From contig JARDVH010000140.1 of the NCBI GenBank assembly GCA_030324005.1, positions 6,171,160 through 6,235,159 on the forward strand: a DNA stretch of 64,000 nt. The letters run 5' to 3'. Both the position numbers and the translations under genes were made by a program. Positions 1 to 10,207 of the stretch are shown here, one piece after another. The DNA is from Negaprion brevirostris. Lineage: Eukaryota. The notes under the pieces were generated by a model. It did no database searches, was not told the origin of the DNA, and saw nothing but the letters and a program-made list of their open reading frames with translations. The number at the start of each line of letters is the position of its first letter. Within the stretch, counting starts at the first letter, position 1.

Positions 1-321
1 TGCCACTGACCCTGTAATCCGCATTCAAGTTTGTCCTACCAAAATGAATCACCTCGCACTTATGAGCATTAAACTCCATCTGCCACTTTTCTGCCTAGCT
101 CTGCATTCTATCATAGACCTCTTGTCTTACTGATTTCAGTACTCATTGCATTTGATTTAACTTTTTTAAATGCTCAAGGTGGTTCAGAAGTGTAAACAAA
201 TAAGGAGGCTAGATGGATAGATACATAAATGTTATGATGGGAAAGGACATTGATTGTGATATAGCTTGACAAAGTCTTGTAATTTGATTAAGGCTTTTAC
301 TAATTGTATTTTTCTTCAAAG

Positions 322-480
322 GGTCAATGGTATATGGTTATCGAAGAAGTGAGTCAGTTTCACCGTTCACTCATACCCTTGCCAGTTTGGTCTTGGTACC
401 TGATTGGTAACAAAGAATCAGATGGTTTTGCAATTTGGACTTTCGGTATTCTGCTAGGTTTGTTCTACCTCATACTCAAG
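322..480 (+). CDS. RNFT1: RNFT1 internal coding exon (transmembrane region), GQWYMVIEEVSQFHRSLIPLPVWSWYLIGNKESDGFAIWTFGILLGLFYLILK
   Basis: ttcaaAG acceptor at 320-321, GTAAGA donor at 481, 159 nt phase 0. The peptide matches the vertebrate RNFT1 segment G.WYM..EE..Q..R...P.PVW..YLI...W..GILL.L.YLILK. The gene's 5' part lies upstream of the window. Confidence 0.95.
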
Positions 481-838
481 GTAAGAGGAAAATCTTAGCT
501 TTGTTACGATATGGCGCGTGGTAATTACTGGGTTAACCAAATCTCAAAGGGAAATTTGGTCAAGCCACCACAACTATTTCCAATTGTATCTTTATTCTGA
601 GGTTTGGTTTGTTTTGCCTGTCTGTTTTGTAGGGGCACAAATGAATCCCCAGTTAATGTCCACAGTTTTCATACAATTAATACACAGTTAACAAAAACAT
701 GTATTTCTATAATGTTTTTCACATCTTCAAAGTGTTTTATAACCCATGAAGTACAATTGTAATGTAGCTGTTGTTTGTTATGCAGGACCACAGCAGTATC
801 TCCCAATAAAAACAGGGCAATTTTGCCAGCAGTAATAA

Positions 839-1036
839 TAAAAGCAAATTACTGTGGCTGCTGGAATCTGAAACCAAAAGCGAAAATGCTGGAAAATCTC
901 AGCAGGTCTGGCAGCATCTGTAAGGAGAGAAAAGCTTTGACAAAGGGTCATCTGGACTCAATGTCAGCTCTTTTCTCCTCTTACAGATGCTGCCAGACCT
1001 GCTGAGATTTTCCAGCATTTTCTGTTTTGATTTCTC
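839..1036. mobile_element. Penelope-like family B element, fold-back pair with a degenerate hammerhead at 933-969
   Basis: Arms ~868-936 and ~966-1033 are reverse complements (aaatgctggaaaatctcagcaggtctggcagcatctgtaagg / cttacagatgctgccagacctgctgagattttccagcattt). Core reads agct-TTGACAA-a-GGGTC-atctg-GACTC-aatgtc-agct. Confidence 0.8.
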
Positions 1037-1272
1037 CAGCAATATGTATGGAGTGGAGGATAGTTACAAAATACAACTGCGCATAAAACCAATATTGATC
1101 ATTAACAGAGGTCAGTCTCCAGATGTGATTGATTGGGTAAATCTCCTTTCTGCTGAAGAATACAGCACAACAGTAGACTTAACCCCATCCATCAATGCCC
1201 TATGCAAAGCAACTTTCTGAAATACACCGCAAATAGTGCTGGGGAATTTGGAGAAACATGTTGGAGTTTGAG

Positions 1273-1558
1273 CATTGCTGGCAAGGCCAGCGTTGTTTGC
1301 CCATCTCGCCCTTGCCCTTGAGCAGGTGGTGGTGAACCGTCTGCAATTGTGTTGGCTGCCAGACCATTTTGGAACGCAGTTAAGAATCAACCACATTGTT
1401 GTGGATCTGGAGTCAGACTGGGAAAGGGCGAAAGGTAAGTGGAACCAGATAGGTTTTTTAACAATAATTTGGTAGTTTAATTAATTTATCCATTAATTGA
1501 ATTTGAATTCTTCCAACTCTGGCCTCTGGATTATTAGTCCAGTTCCTAATCCACTGGA
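1273..1558 (-). mobile_element. Old tRNA-derived SINE (second family; a similar copy on + at ~40875-41165)
   Basis: Shares the CCACA.CAATG.GGTTGA.T and AAGGGC.A...GATGG.CAA.AA..GCTGG motifs with the 40.9 kb copy. Confidence 0.6.
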
Positions 1559-1802
1559 GAGCTGGTTAGCTCATTTAGCTAGACAACCACATATGGGCCA
1601 GATTAATCCCCACAGCACGGTTTGATCCCCATTCTCGCTCAAGCTGTAGTAAAATAAATCTTGCTCCTTTCCCGTGGTTTGCCAGGTAGTTGCCAAGGAT
1701 CTGCCTCTGGGTAGAAAACGTGAAAAATATTACCACTCTGCTGCGTGTGTTCATAACTCCAATTCCAGTCATTGTTCCTGATGCCATGTTTTTGATTCTC
1801 AG

Positions 1803-1868
1803 CTCCTTGGAATTTATGGTCGGTGGAGCAATTTCAGGAGAGTTCTGAAGAGTTTGACTCACAAGCAG
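1803..1868 (+). CDS. RNFT1: RNFT1 coding exon LLGIYGRWSNFRRVLKSLTHKQ
   Basis: tttgattctcAG acceptor, CAG|GTGAAT donor, 66 nt, in frame with both neighbours. Aligns with human LLEFFGHLRTFRQVLRIFFTQP. Confidence 0.88.
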
Positions 1869-2183
1869 GTGAATGAGTACGATATTGTTACGTTCCGGTA
1901 CAATGGTTCCCAATCCTTTTTTTTCCAGTCATGGCACAATATAAAAATTGAGGCAGATCTTCTTACTTTCTCCAACATTACTGCCTTCTAGCAAAAGCTT
2001 TTTATCTCTAAAACCTCCTAAAAACATGTCAAGACACCATTTAATACAATGAAAGCCTTATCACCTTATTGTGTGTCAAATACAATTTTTTTTATTGAAA
2101 ATTTACACAATTTAGAAGTGTTTCCCATTAAAGATTCCCATTGTCTTTTTTTCCACATCTGCATTTCTCAACATGAAATGAAG

Positions 2184-2290
2184 GGGTGGCATGGTGGTAC
2201 AGTGGTTAGCACTGGTGTGGAGAGTCTGCAGAAGGATCTAGATAGGCTGGGCGAATGGGCCAGAAACTGGCAAATGGAATTTAATGTTGG
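2184..2290 (+). mobile_element. SINE head fused to a CR1-LINE RT fragment, running into an N gap
   Basis: GGTGGCATGGTGGTACAGTGGTTAGCACTG (A box) followed by ESLQKDLDRLGEWARNWQMEFNV, a CR1 RT motif. Confidence 0.75.
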
Positions 2291-2444
2291 NNNNNNNNNN
2301 NNNNNNNNNNNNNNNNNNNNNNNNNNNNNNNNNNNNNNNNNNNNNNNNNNNNNNNNNNNNNNNNNNNNNNNNNNNNNNNNNNNNNNNNNNNNNNNNNNNN
2401 NNNNNNNNNNNNNNNNNNNNNNNNNNNNNNNNNNNNNNNNNNNN

Positions 2445-2545
2445 AAGGTCAGAGGCCGAATGCCCGTGACCACTGACCACTGTTCCCTTCCTGTTGGCGA
2501 ACACTTCTGTTTACCCCAGTCCAACGCCAGCATCTCCACATCATG
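2445..2545. mobile_element. Penelope-like fragment: endonuclease C-terminal peptide (partly inverted) joined to the family A terminus
   Basis: + strand encodes CSLPVGEHF and - strand encodes SGHGHSASDL, followed by TTACCCCAGTCCAACGCCAGCATCTCCACATCA, which is shared with the family A copies. Confidence 0.7.
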
Positions 2546-4559
2546 TCTACCTCTGTGAGCAGACTTTTGATCTGGAGCAGAATTGATGTCAGCTCGCAGG
2601 TCTTGCTGCACTGAAAGGCGCTCCGTCTTTTTTTTCCATAGTTTTGAGAACACCCACTTGCCCAGGTCAGTTGTGAGGAACTGCTGTAACACAATTTGAA
2701 ATAGATGATATTCTTGTCCCACAACAATCAAACTATATCCAGAGGCATATCTGCAAACTTAAATTTTAGTGTACAACTCCTCCTGAGCTCTAAATTCCTC
2801 TTGTTCTTTTAAGGACAATTTCTTTGATGATTCAAGAGAAAGTGAACTAAATGGATCACGTACCCAGTCAGAGTCTTCACGGAGGGGAAGTTGCATTAAG
2901 ATGTGTGGAGATGTGGTTGTGTATGGTTTTGCCAGCAGAATTTGCTGCTGCCAACTTGAACAGCTCAATCAACTCACTTGCCATGTTTTCCTGCCAAAGG
3001 GCCAGTTTTAATCTGAAGCCTTGAAGTTTATCTCTGGCAGTCAGCATGTTCTGGCTTCCCACCACCTGCTTTTTAACCTTCAACTCATTCAAACAGCTGA
3101 ATGTAACTGAAAGATACACAAGCTTAGCGCATCAAGAATCTTCATGTTTTAAATCTTTTTGAATGGCACTTCATGCAGAGCCTAAAACCCTTTCAGTGTG
3201 TCATGGAGCTTATTAATATGAGAGGACCTTTCCCTGAGACAGCCCTGCAAATCTGTGTGCATGAGTAAACCCTGGTACTTGACTCCCATCTTATCACACA
3301 AAACAGTAAAAATCAAAGGACGCGACTTCACATAATTCACGATCTTCCCTGTTTGGTCTAACACTGTAATTAACTCAAGTGGCATCATTTTGACAACAAG
3401 GGCTTCACAATGTCCTTAGCTAACCTGGATGTCAGGATTCTGTTTCACCTAACTCGCACATTCTTTGACTTTTCCCAGCAGGGGAGCTGCTCTCTCAGTG
3501 CAGTGTCACTGCAATTGGTCCAGTTCGGATTGTTTTCCTCCAGAGAAGCACTTGTGACGTGAATCGCTGGTTGTGTGGCCAAGTAATTCTTTGCAAAAGA
3601 AGATATTATTTTTCTTGGATTTTTGCCTATTTGTGCCACTGGCTAAGAGCTGGCAGAGTGAGCTAATATCTCAAGCTGCAGGGCGCATTTTCTACTTTCT
3701 AATTTCTCCTGAAGCACCTGTTCAGTATCAGATATTTAATCAAAATATCTTTTGATTGTGCCGTCAGAAAGAGGAACTTGTCAATTTCTTTGGCAGCATC
3801 AGCTGCCAAGGTTGCTTTCACGATTTGCATGCCGGCAGAATTGGGGTTTTGGCAATGGTTCTTGGGTTTCACTATTAGTTTGGCTGCCAGGTAACAGCCT
3901 CCTGCGCATTACCTGAAACCAGCACACACTCCATCACTTGAATTTTTCTTTACATTTTATTCTTTCAGTTGCTTGAACTGCTGTATATCCTTGCAGGAGA
4001 GCAAATGCTGCTTTGTATTCAAATGGTGCTTCTGCTTACTTGGTGCCATTGCAGCATTTGAGAGCAACTGCCTGCAGATTAGACATTCTGGGACAGGGCA
4101 AGAGGCACTACCAGTCCACCAAAATCCAAAGGCCAGTTGCTACCGCTGCGCTGTGTATACGGACGTTGCTTTTTTTCCTCCTGCAGTTCTGTTCTTTCAG
4201 CCACATCTGAATCTGAGTAGGATTTTTGACTTCTCTTCAAGAACCTATCCTTAGCAAACTTGGTCAAACGCACTACACTGCACAATAAATTCCCTCCAGC
4301 ATTAACTTACAAGCACAGTTTCAGCTCTTTGGCTGTGTTGAAAACTCCTCCAAACATGTATTCTTACCCCATCCTTGCATAGCATGGAGTTACCAACCCT
4401 CAGTTGCCTTCTCAGATCTTCAGAGCTTTTTTCGGGTCTCTTTGATCACCCATATCAATTTAGAGTCTGCTCCTCCCAGCCCTTTCTCTATGGAGCCTGT
4501 CTCTTTTCTTAGCTTCCTCAATTCCTATTTCTTAGCTCTATCATTTTCCCTTATTGGGC

Positions 4560-4700
4560 ATGATGTGAAATGTTGGAATTGGACAGGGGTGGGCACTGTA
4601 AAAAGTCTCTCAACACCAGGTTAAGAGTTTGTTTGGAATCACGAGCTTTCGGAGTGCTGCTCCTTCATCAGGTGAGTGGAGATTAGTTCGCAAACACGGC
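4560..4700 (-). mobile_element. Penelope-like family A terminal repeat
   Basis: Matches copies at 5.3, 19.2, 27.7-28.1, 55.5 and 62.6 kb. Confidence 0.8.
4639..4675 (-). ncRNA. Minimal type I hammerhead ribozyme (family A), intact core
   Basis: Minus strand: TCAC-CTGATGA-A-GGAG-cagca-CTCC-GAAA-GCTC^GTGA. Stem I TCAC/GTGA, stem II GGAG/CTCC, palindromic AGCT in place of stem III. Confidence 0.8.
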
Positions 4701-5296
4701 CTGCTGTGAAACCTCCACTCCTGTTTATCCTTGTCTCCTTCGTTTCTCCTAGGATTTTCACCTGTTTTTGCACAGGGCTGTAGTTTTCAGCTCCGAGTCC
4801 CAAGGAACCTTGTCTCCCATGTGCACGCTGGTGGGGAAAGGGTTGCAGTTGTGCAGTTTGAATAATTTTACGTTGGTAATCCGAACTGTGCACACAGCCC
4901 TTCCTCGGCTGTCGAGTGTGTAGGAGGCCTGAGATTTTGAATCTTATTTCACAGCACCCTTGGCTTCACTGAACCTGTATTCTAGTAAACTAATTGCTTC
5001 CTTTTCACATTCCCACAAGTGGTCATTTTTCAGATAGCAACAGCGGTGCTAATAAAATATTAACTGCTGCTATCTCTTGGTCACCTTGGGACACTGCAGC
5101 TGGTATTTGTAAGTCTGTCATTTGGAAATACAGAAGCACAAAATAAAAACTCCCCTCATTTAAAGATATTTGCCCCATCAGCCTTCAGGTTCTTCCCTAA
5201 ATTAACTGTAAAACCACAAAACAAAGTTTGCAGCATTTATTTTTATAAAAGAGCATTCAAATTTCTCCTTGGCCTCCTATGGTAATAGGAGTGTTC

Positions 5297-5403
5297 ATGA
5301 TGTGGATATGCCGGTGTTGGACTGGAGTAAACACAGTAAAAAGTCTGACAACACCAGGTTTCAGTCCAACCAATTTATTTGATAGTAAACTCACTAGCTT
5401 TCG
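5297..5403 (-). mobile_element. Penelope-like family A copy; hammerhead 3' half (CGAAAGCTA-GTGA) visible, remainder in N gap
   Basis: Similarity to 4560-4700. Confidence 0.75.
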
Positions 5404-6432
5404 NNNNNNNNNNNNNNNNNNNNNNNNNNNNNNNNNNNNNNNNNNNNNNNNNNNNNNNNNNNNNNNNNNNNNNNNNNNNNNNNNNNNNNNNNNNNNNNNN
5501 NNNAGTCCATGTCTCACATTGATTGCTGTGTTGAAGAGGAATTCGTGTTAAATTTCCTCTTGCTAGTTTGAACCTGTGCCCACTTATTTAAGATTCAGCA
5601 GGTTTTTTTTTTTAAAGAGAGCAATGCAACAGAGTACATTTCCACGGACAATTGGGCAGGTCCTTGACGAGGGTAATGGGGAAAAAGCCGGGGAATGGGA
5701 TTAATTGGATGTCTCTTTCAAAGAGTTGGCACAGGCCATCTCCTGTGCCTGGGGATTTTACAATTCTTTCTGATGCGTGGCATGGGGTTTAAGAGACTTT
5801 TATTTAAAACAAGCCCAGTCTCTTTATGGTGTTAGTCCTATTTCTGAGCTATCAGCACTACTACATTATTCTAACCTGACACACCACAAGGTTTGGAGAA
5901 ATATACAAGGAGGATTGAGCAAAGTGGGTAAAAATAACAACAACATTTGAATCTTTTGTATAGATTAACTGAAAATAAACCTAATTGGGCTTTTAATTAG
6001 CCCATCAGTAGTTGGACTTATTTTAATCTGTTCACGAGAAGAGTTGGGGTACTTTTGAATCACCTTGCTTGAAAAAGTGAACCATTTAGGTTGGTGTCTG
6101 TAAATCTGTAGTATATGTTTTCCTGATCTTCGTCCAAGAGCACTCTGATCGAACTCTATCCTGTTGTTTAATCAGTAGTTTCCCCAGGTGACCTAGCTAC
6201 TGAGTCTCATCTGTTTTATTTTTGAAACTTATTAGAAAATTGTCTAAACATGTTTTTAAAATGTGCACCACTTACTGGCCAACCCGTGCAACAGCCTTAT
6301 TACAGGCAACTGTTTACACTCAGATTTCTATTTTAAATGTGGATGATTTTAGTGTTAACATTTTATACAACAATTGACAAGAGTTGGTCTCTGTGCAGAC
6401 TTTTTTTAATCTGTGCATAAATATATGATTTG

Positions 6433-7045
6433 TGATGGCACAGTGGTTAGTGCTGCTGCCTCATAGTGCCAGGGACCCGGGTTCAATTCCTGCCTTGAGT
6501 GACTGTCTGGGTGGAGTTTGTACTTTTATTTTAAAGTTTATTTATTAGTGTCACAAATAGGCTTACATTAATAGTGCAATGAAGTTATTGTGAAAATCCC
6601 CTAGTCGCCACACTCCAGTGCCTGTTTGGATACACTGAGGGAGAATTTAGCCTGCCTGATATTCGATCCATCGAGCCTACACTGACAACAATCCCACCCA
6701 GGCCCCACGTATTTACCCTGCTAATCCTCCTGACACTAATGCTCAATTTACCATAGCCAATCAATCTAACCCACACATCTGTGGGGAGAATGTGCAGACT
6801 CTGCACAGACAGTGACCCAAGCTGGGAATCGAACCTGGATCCCTGGCACTGAGGCAGCAGTGCTAACTACTGTACTGCCCACATTCACCCCATGTATGTG
6901 TGGGTTTCCTTTGGGTGCTCCAGTTTCCACCCACAGTCCAAGATGTGTGGGTTAAGTTGTTTGGCGATGATAAACTGAGCATTAGTGTCAGGGTAAATAT
7001 GTGGGGGCTGGGTGGGATTGTTGTCAATGCAGGCTCAATGGACAA
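6433..7045. mobile_element. Composite of HE1/V-SINE-like pieces in both orientations
   Basis: A/B-box head on + (6433-6525), Rex1-type tail on - (6535-6655), SINE on - (6660-6870), SINE body on + (6880-7045). Confidence 0.8.
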
Positions 7046-7112
7046 AATGTCAAGATCCTGCATATATTCAACTAATAAAACCAGTAACCAATATCACTTT
7101 GCTCTGTTGAAG

Positions 7113-7214
7113 CACTACGGAACTGCAGCCAGCAAGCTTCAGTGCAGTGATGCAGGAGATATTTGTCCCATCTGCCAGACTGAATTCAGAGAGCCTATTG
7201 TCCTCATCTGTCAG
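7113..7214 (+). CDS. RNFT1: RNFT1 exon, first half of C3HC4 RING (HYGTAASKLQCSDAGDICPICQTEFREPIVLICQ)
   Basis: ctgttgaAG acceptor, CAG|GTAAAT donor, 102 nt; contains the CxxC motif and the third Cys of the RING finger. Confidence 0.96.
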
Positions 7215-7303
7215 GTAAATGTCTTAATGAGAAGTAGAAAAATAAAATTGAGAGATCCATTATCTTTAAGCTGTCTGAATTCCTTTCTTTTTCTATCCTG
7301 CAG

Positions 7304-7438
7304 CACATATTCTGTGAGGAGTGCATTTCACTCTGGTTTAATCGAGAAAAAACTTGCCCCTTGTGTCGGACTGTCATTTTGGACCACATTCAGGCCTGGC
7401 GAGATGGTGCAACATCTACCCATCTACAAATTTATTAA
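7304..7438 (+). CDS. RNFT1: RNFT1 last coding exon, second half of RING (HIFCEECISLWFNREKTCPLCRTVILDHIQAWRDGATSTHLQIY*)
   Basis: Polypyrimidine tract + CAG acceptor at 7301-7303, TAA at 7436-7438; near-identical to the RNFT1 C-terminus HIFCEEC..LWFNREKTCPLCRT...DGATS.HLQIY. Confidence 0.97.
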   Translation, partial: HIFCEECISLWFNREKTCPLCRTVILDHIQAWRDGATSTHLQIY

Positions 7439-10110
7439 CCAGCTGATCGAGTCCCTTTGGCCAACAACAACATTGAAATAAGACTGTATGCGCAACTAAG
7501 ATTTTCTAACAGTTAAATACAAAGGAGAGCTTTTTTTAAAAGAAACTTTTAGTAATAAAAAAATCTTAAAGAGAAATGCTTTATTTTGTTAACGGACATC
7601 ATTTGACCTAAGTCAGAATATTTTGATTTACATTTGCTGAAACTTGTATATTAAATGTATTATTCACTTATTGCAGTTCTTCTTAAGCCTCTCCATGCTG
7701 TTTTCAATTCCAAATTGGAAATACTGTTTAAAACCCATTATTTGAATTTTGGCTCAATGTTATCTTTAATGCCAAAAAAAAATCAGACTTTGGGTTCAGA
7801 CCTTTCATTGGGGAGGTTAAATTGCTGGGAATCATACTCCATCAAACCCAGATAGTTACTGAAGGTTTCCACGTCCTTATATATAAATTTCAGTGCCCCA
7901 GATAGCTGAGTATGTTCTCTTGAAGAATTCCTAAGGAAGTCTCGTTTAAAATTGCAGGCCACTGGATGGTCAAGGCTAGGCAATTGGTGCTAAAGCAGTT
8001 AATGCACCATCATAGAAGGTCTATCAAGTCACAGAGACATGGTGATGCTTATTTTCTTAAAAATGAGTTTGATTTTGGGAGAAAATTTTCACCCCAGTAG
8101 TCTGCCATCCAGGTCTACTGGATGTGAATTATAATGAACTTGTGTAGATATGGAAACAAACCATCTTAAATTACTCTTTATGCAGTAAGATGAAGCAATT
8201 TTGGAAGAAATTATGTTGGGTCAAAGTTATAAAATGTAACAATCTACTGTCTGATGTTTAAAGAAAGGTCCTAATTGGAAACAGGGAAGGAGCAATATGA
8301 GAAAATAAACAGTCATTAGAAGTCCGAATTCTTGCAAATAAGCCAGAGTACTATAATTCACAATGTAGGGAGGCAGATCGACGTGCCAGTTGTATGGAAA
8401 GATTGTACTCTGGAAGGCTGTGAGAATATGAGTAGCTTTCATAAAATTGCAAAAATGATAGTATTCAGCCCATCAGAGCCACGTCCTGTTTGTTACTTGG
8501 CTTAAGAGTTACATTGCCAGACATCCATAACTGGGTAAGTCCCATCCCACCATTTNNNNNNNNNNNNNNNNNNNNNNNNNNNNNNNNNNNNNNNNNNNNN
8601 NNNNNNNNNNNNNNNNNNNNNNNNNNNNNNNNNNNNNNNNNNNNNNNNNNNNNNNNNNNNNNNNNNNNNNNNNNNNNNNNNNNNNNNNNNNNNNNNNNNN
8701 NNNNNNNNNNNNNNNNNNNNNNNNNNNNNNNNNNNNNNNNNNNNNNNNNNNNNNNNNNNNNNNNNNNNNNNNNNNNNNNNNNNNNNNNNNNNNNNNNNNN
8801 NNNNNNNNNNNNNNNNNNNNNNNNNNNNNNNNNNNNNNNNNNNNNNNNNNNNNNNNNNNNNNNNNNNNNNNNNNNNNNNNNNNNNNNNNNNNNNNNNNNN
8901 NNNNNNNNNNNNNNNNNNNNNNNNNNNGATTCTCCTGAACAAGTAAAACCATGCCACTGCAGAGATATTGGTTTCATTGTAACTTCACAAAAACAGGTGG
9001 CATATTTCAAACCCTTTGTGCCACCATTAGCCAACACCACCACCAGAAGGCCAACTCATGCCATACGCAGTTCAACCTGAGTGGGGCTGTCTGGCCGGGT
9101 CAGAAGGGCTTGGTAGGGCAGTGTGTAAGCAGTATTGCTACCTGTCTAAAACTCATGCGAAAGTAGTGGGGGCTGGAATTGCTGGATTATTTATTCTTCG
9201 TCTGTCCCAGTTTTTAAATCCTGTGCTTCAGGGAATTACATTTCTCCAGAGCTGGAAAAAGGGTAGGAGCAAAATCTAGGCAGTGTTTAAAGTTTTAAAA
9301 CACCCCACTGCCTTAGAGAATTTATAATGTGTCAGGAATTTACATAGTCATGTTTTGCATATTACTGATCCTTTAAATTTTCAATCAATTCTACAAGGGC
9401 TTCATTTTAAGTAACACATGCAATTCTCAATTATGTTTGGTTTTGAAAGGAAGTATAAAACCCTATTAGCATTACCAAGATTTTAAAATAAAGACATTGG
9501 CTAAAGAAAATGTGGAATCATGAATAAACTCTGATACCAAATATGTCATTGTATTAAGGTGAAATCCCCTCTCCCTCAGGGATGCCAACAACTGTTGGTG
9601 GATCTGCTTTTGTAGATTTATTATTTAAAAAGTGCATTAAAGTATTCACTCCCACCTGTGTACCCAAAAGATGCAATGTCCTATTTGAGGGAGATTCCTT
9701 GAGTAGGTGCAAGCAAACAGGCAAAGAGGGCTTAATCTTTGTAACAGGATGGCCAGGTGGATCGGACGCTGCTGGCTGTAACCAGCTTCTGTAGCTCCTG
9801 TGTCTCAGCATTTGCATCATAACATGTTGTGGGTCAAAACCAGGAATCTAGTCTGTATTTCTTCTAGATTTGCTCATGGGGTGTGATTAAAATTTCAATG
9901 AAATCGAATTAAAACACCAGCCAATAAATTCTTATAATTGCTTTAGATGAGTCTGTTTTCTTTGATTTTGTTCTGGATTTAAGTAATTTCCTTTAATGTT
10001 TGTGGTTTTGAAATTTGGTTTATTTCACTTGGTAGAATGCTTGTTGTAAGGGGAATATGAAATTAATATTCTTTCCCTTTCCCAGTCTCATCTAGATTTG
10101 AAGAATTATA

Positions 10111-10116
10111 AATAAA
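10111..10116 (+). terminator. Candidate distal RNFT1 poly(A) signal (a proximal AATAAA is at 7554-7559)
   Basis: AATAAA followed ~20 nt later by a T/GT-rich tract, at the end of a repeat-poor ~2.7 kb stretch after the stop codon. Usage not verifiable from sequence. Confidence 0.4.
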
Positions 10117-10207
10117 ATGATTTATTTGCCAATGACTTGATGTTTACTTGTCTTCTAACAGCATCCTTAGAATCTCTAATGAGGAGGTAGCCATTTGACC
10201 CATTGAG

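Larger units (their letters stand above)
1901..5096 (-). mobile_element. Fossil hAT (Charlie/Buster-type) DNA transposon with frameshifted near full-length transposase (~4150 down to 2560)
   Basis: Minus-strand fragments appear in the expected order: BED finger FGFWWTG...PECLICRQLLSNAAMAPSK.KHHLNTK; PILPAC; PLSDGTI; IFFCKELLGHTT; HCEALVVKMMPLEL..VLDQTGKIVNYVKSRP; LCDKMG..YQGLLMHT; YLSVTFSCLNEL; DKLQGFRLKLALW; C-terminal FLTT.L...FS...RLSVQQDLR. Candidate TIRs CAATGGTTCCCAA (1901) and TTGGGACACTG (5086-5096) are weak, so the ends are uncertain. Confidence 0.85.

Noticed and set aside
839-1036. Interpretation of the fold-back repeats as MITEs, pre-miRNAs or CRISPR-like arrays
   Set aside because: Arms are unequal and variable between copies, also occur solo, carry hammerhead cores, and have long variable flanking duplications. 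There is no repeat-spacer periodicity and the DNA is eukaryotic.
6900-7481. 193-aa ORF as a single-exon gene
   Set aside because: It is a composite of SINE sequence, one true RNFT1 exon, the 89-nt intron and the last exon out of frame.
8465-9080. Long ORFs in the track (also 2049-2731, 28577-29029, 45621-46112)
   Set aside because: They are long only because they run through N gaps or LINE remnants.
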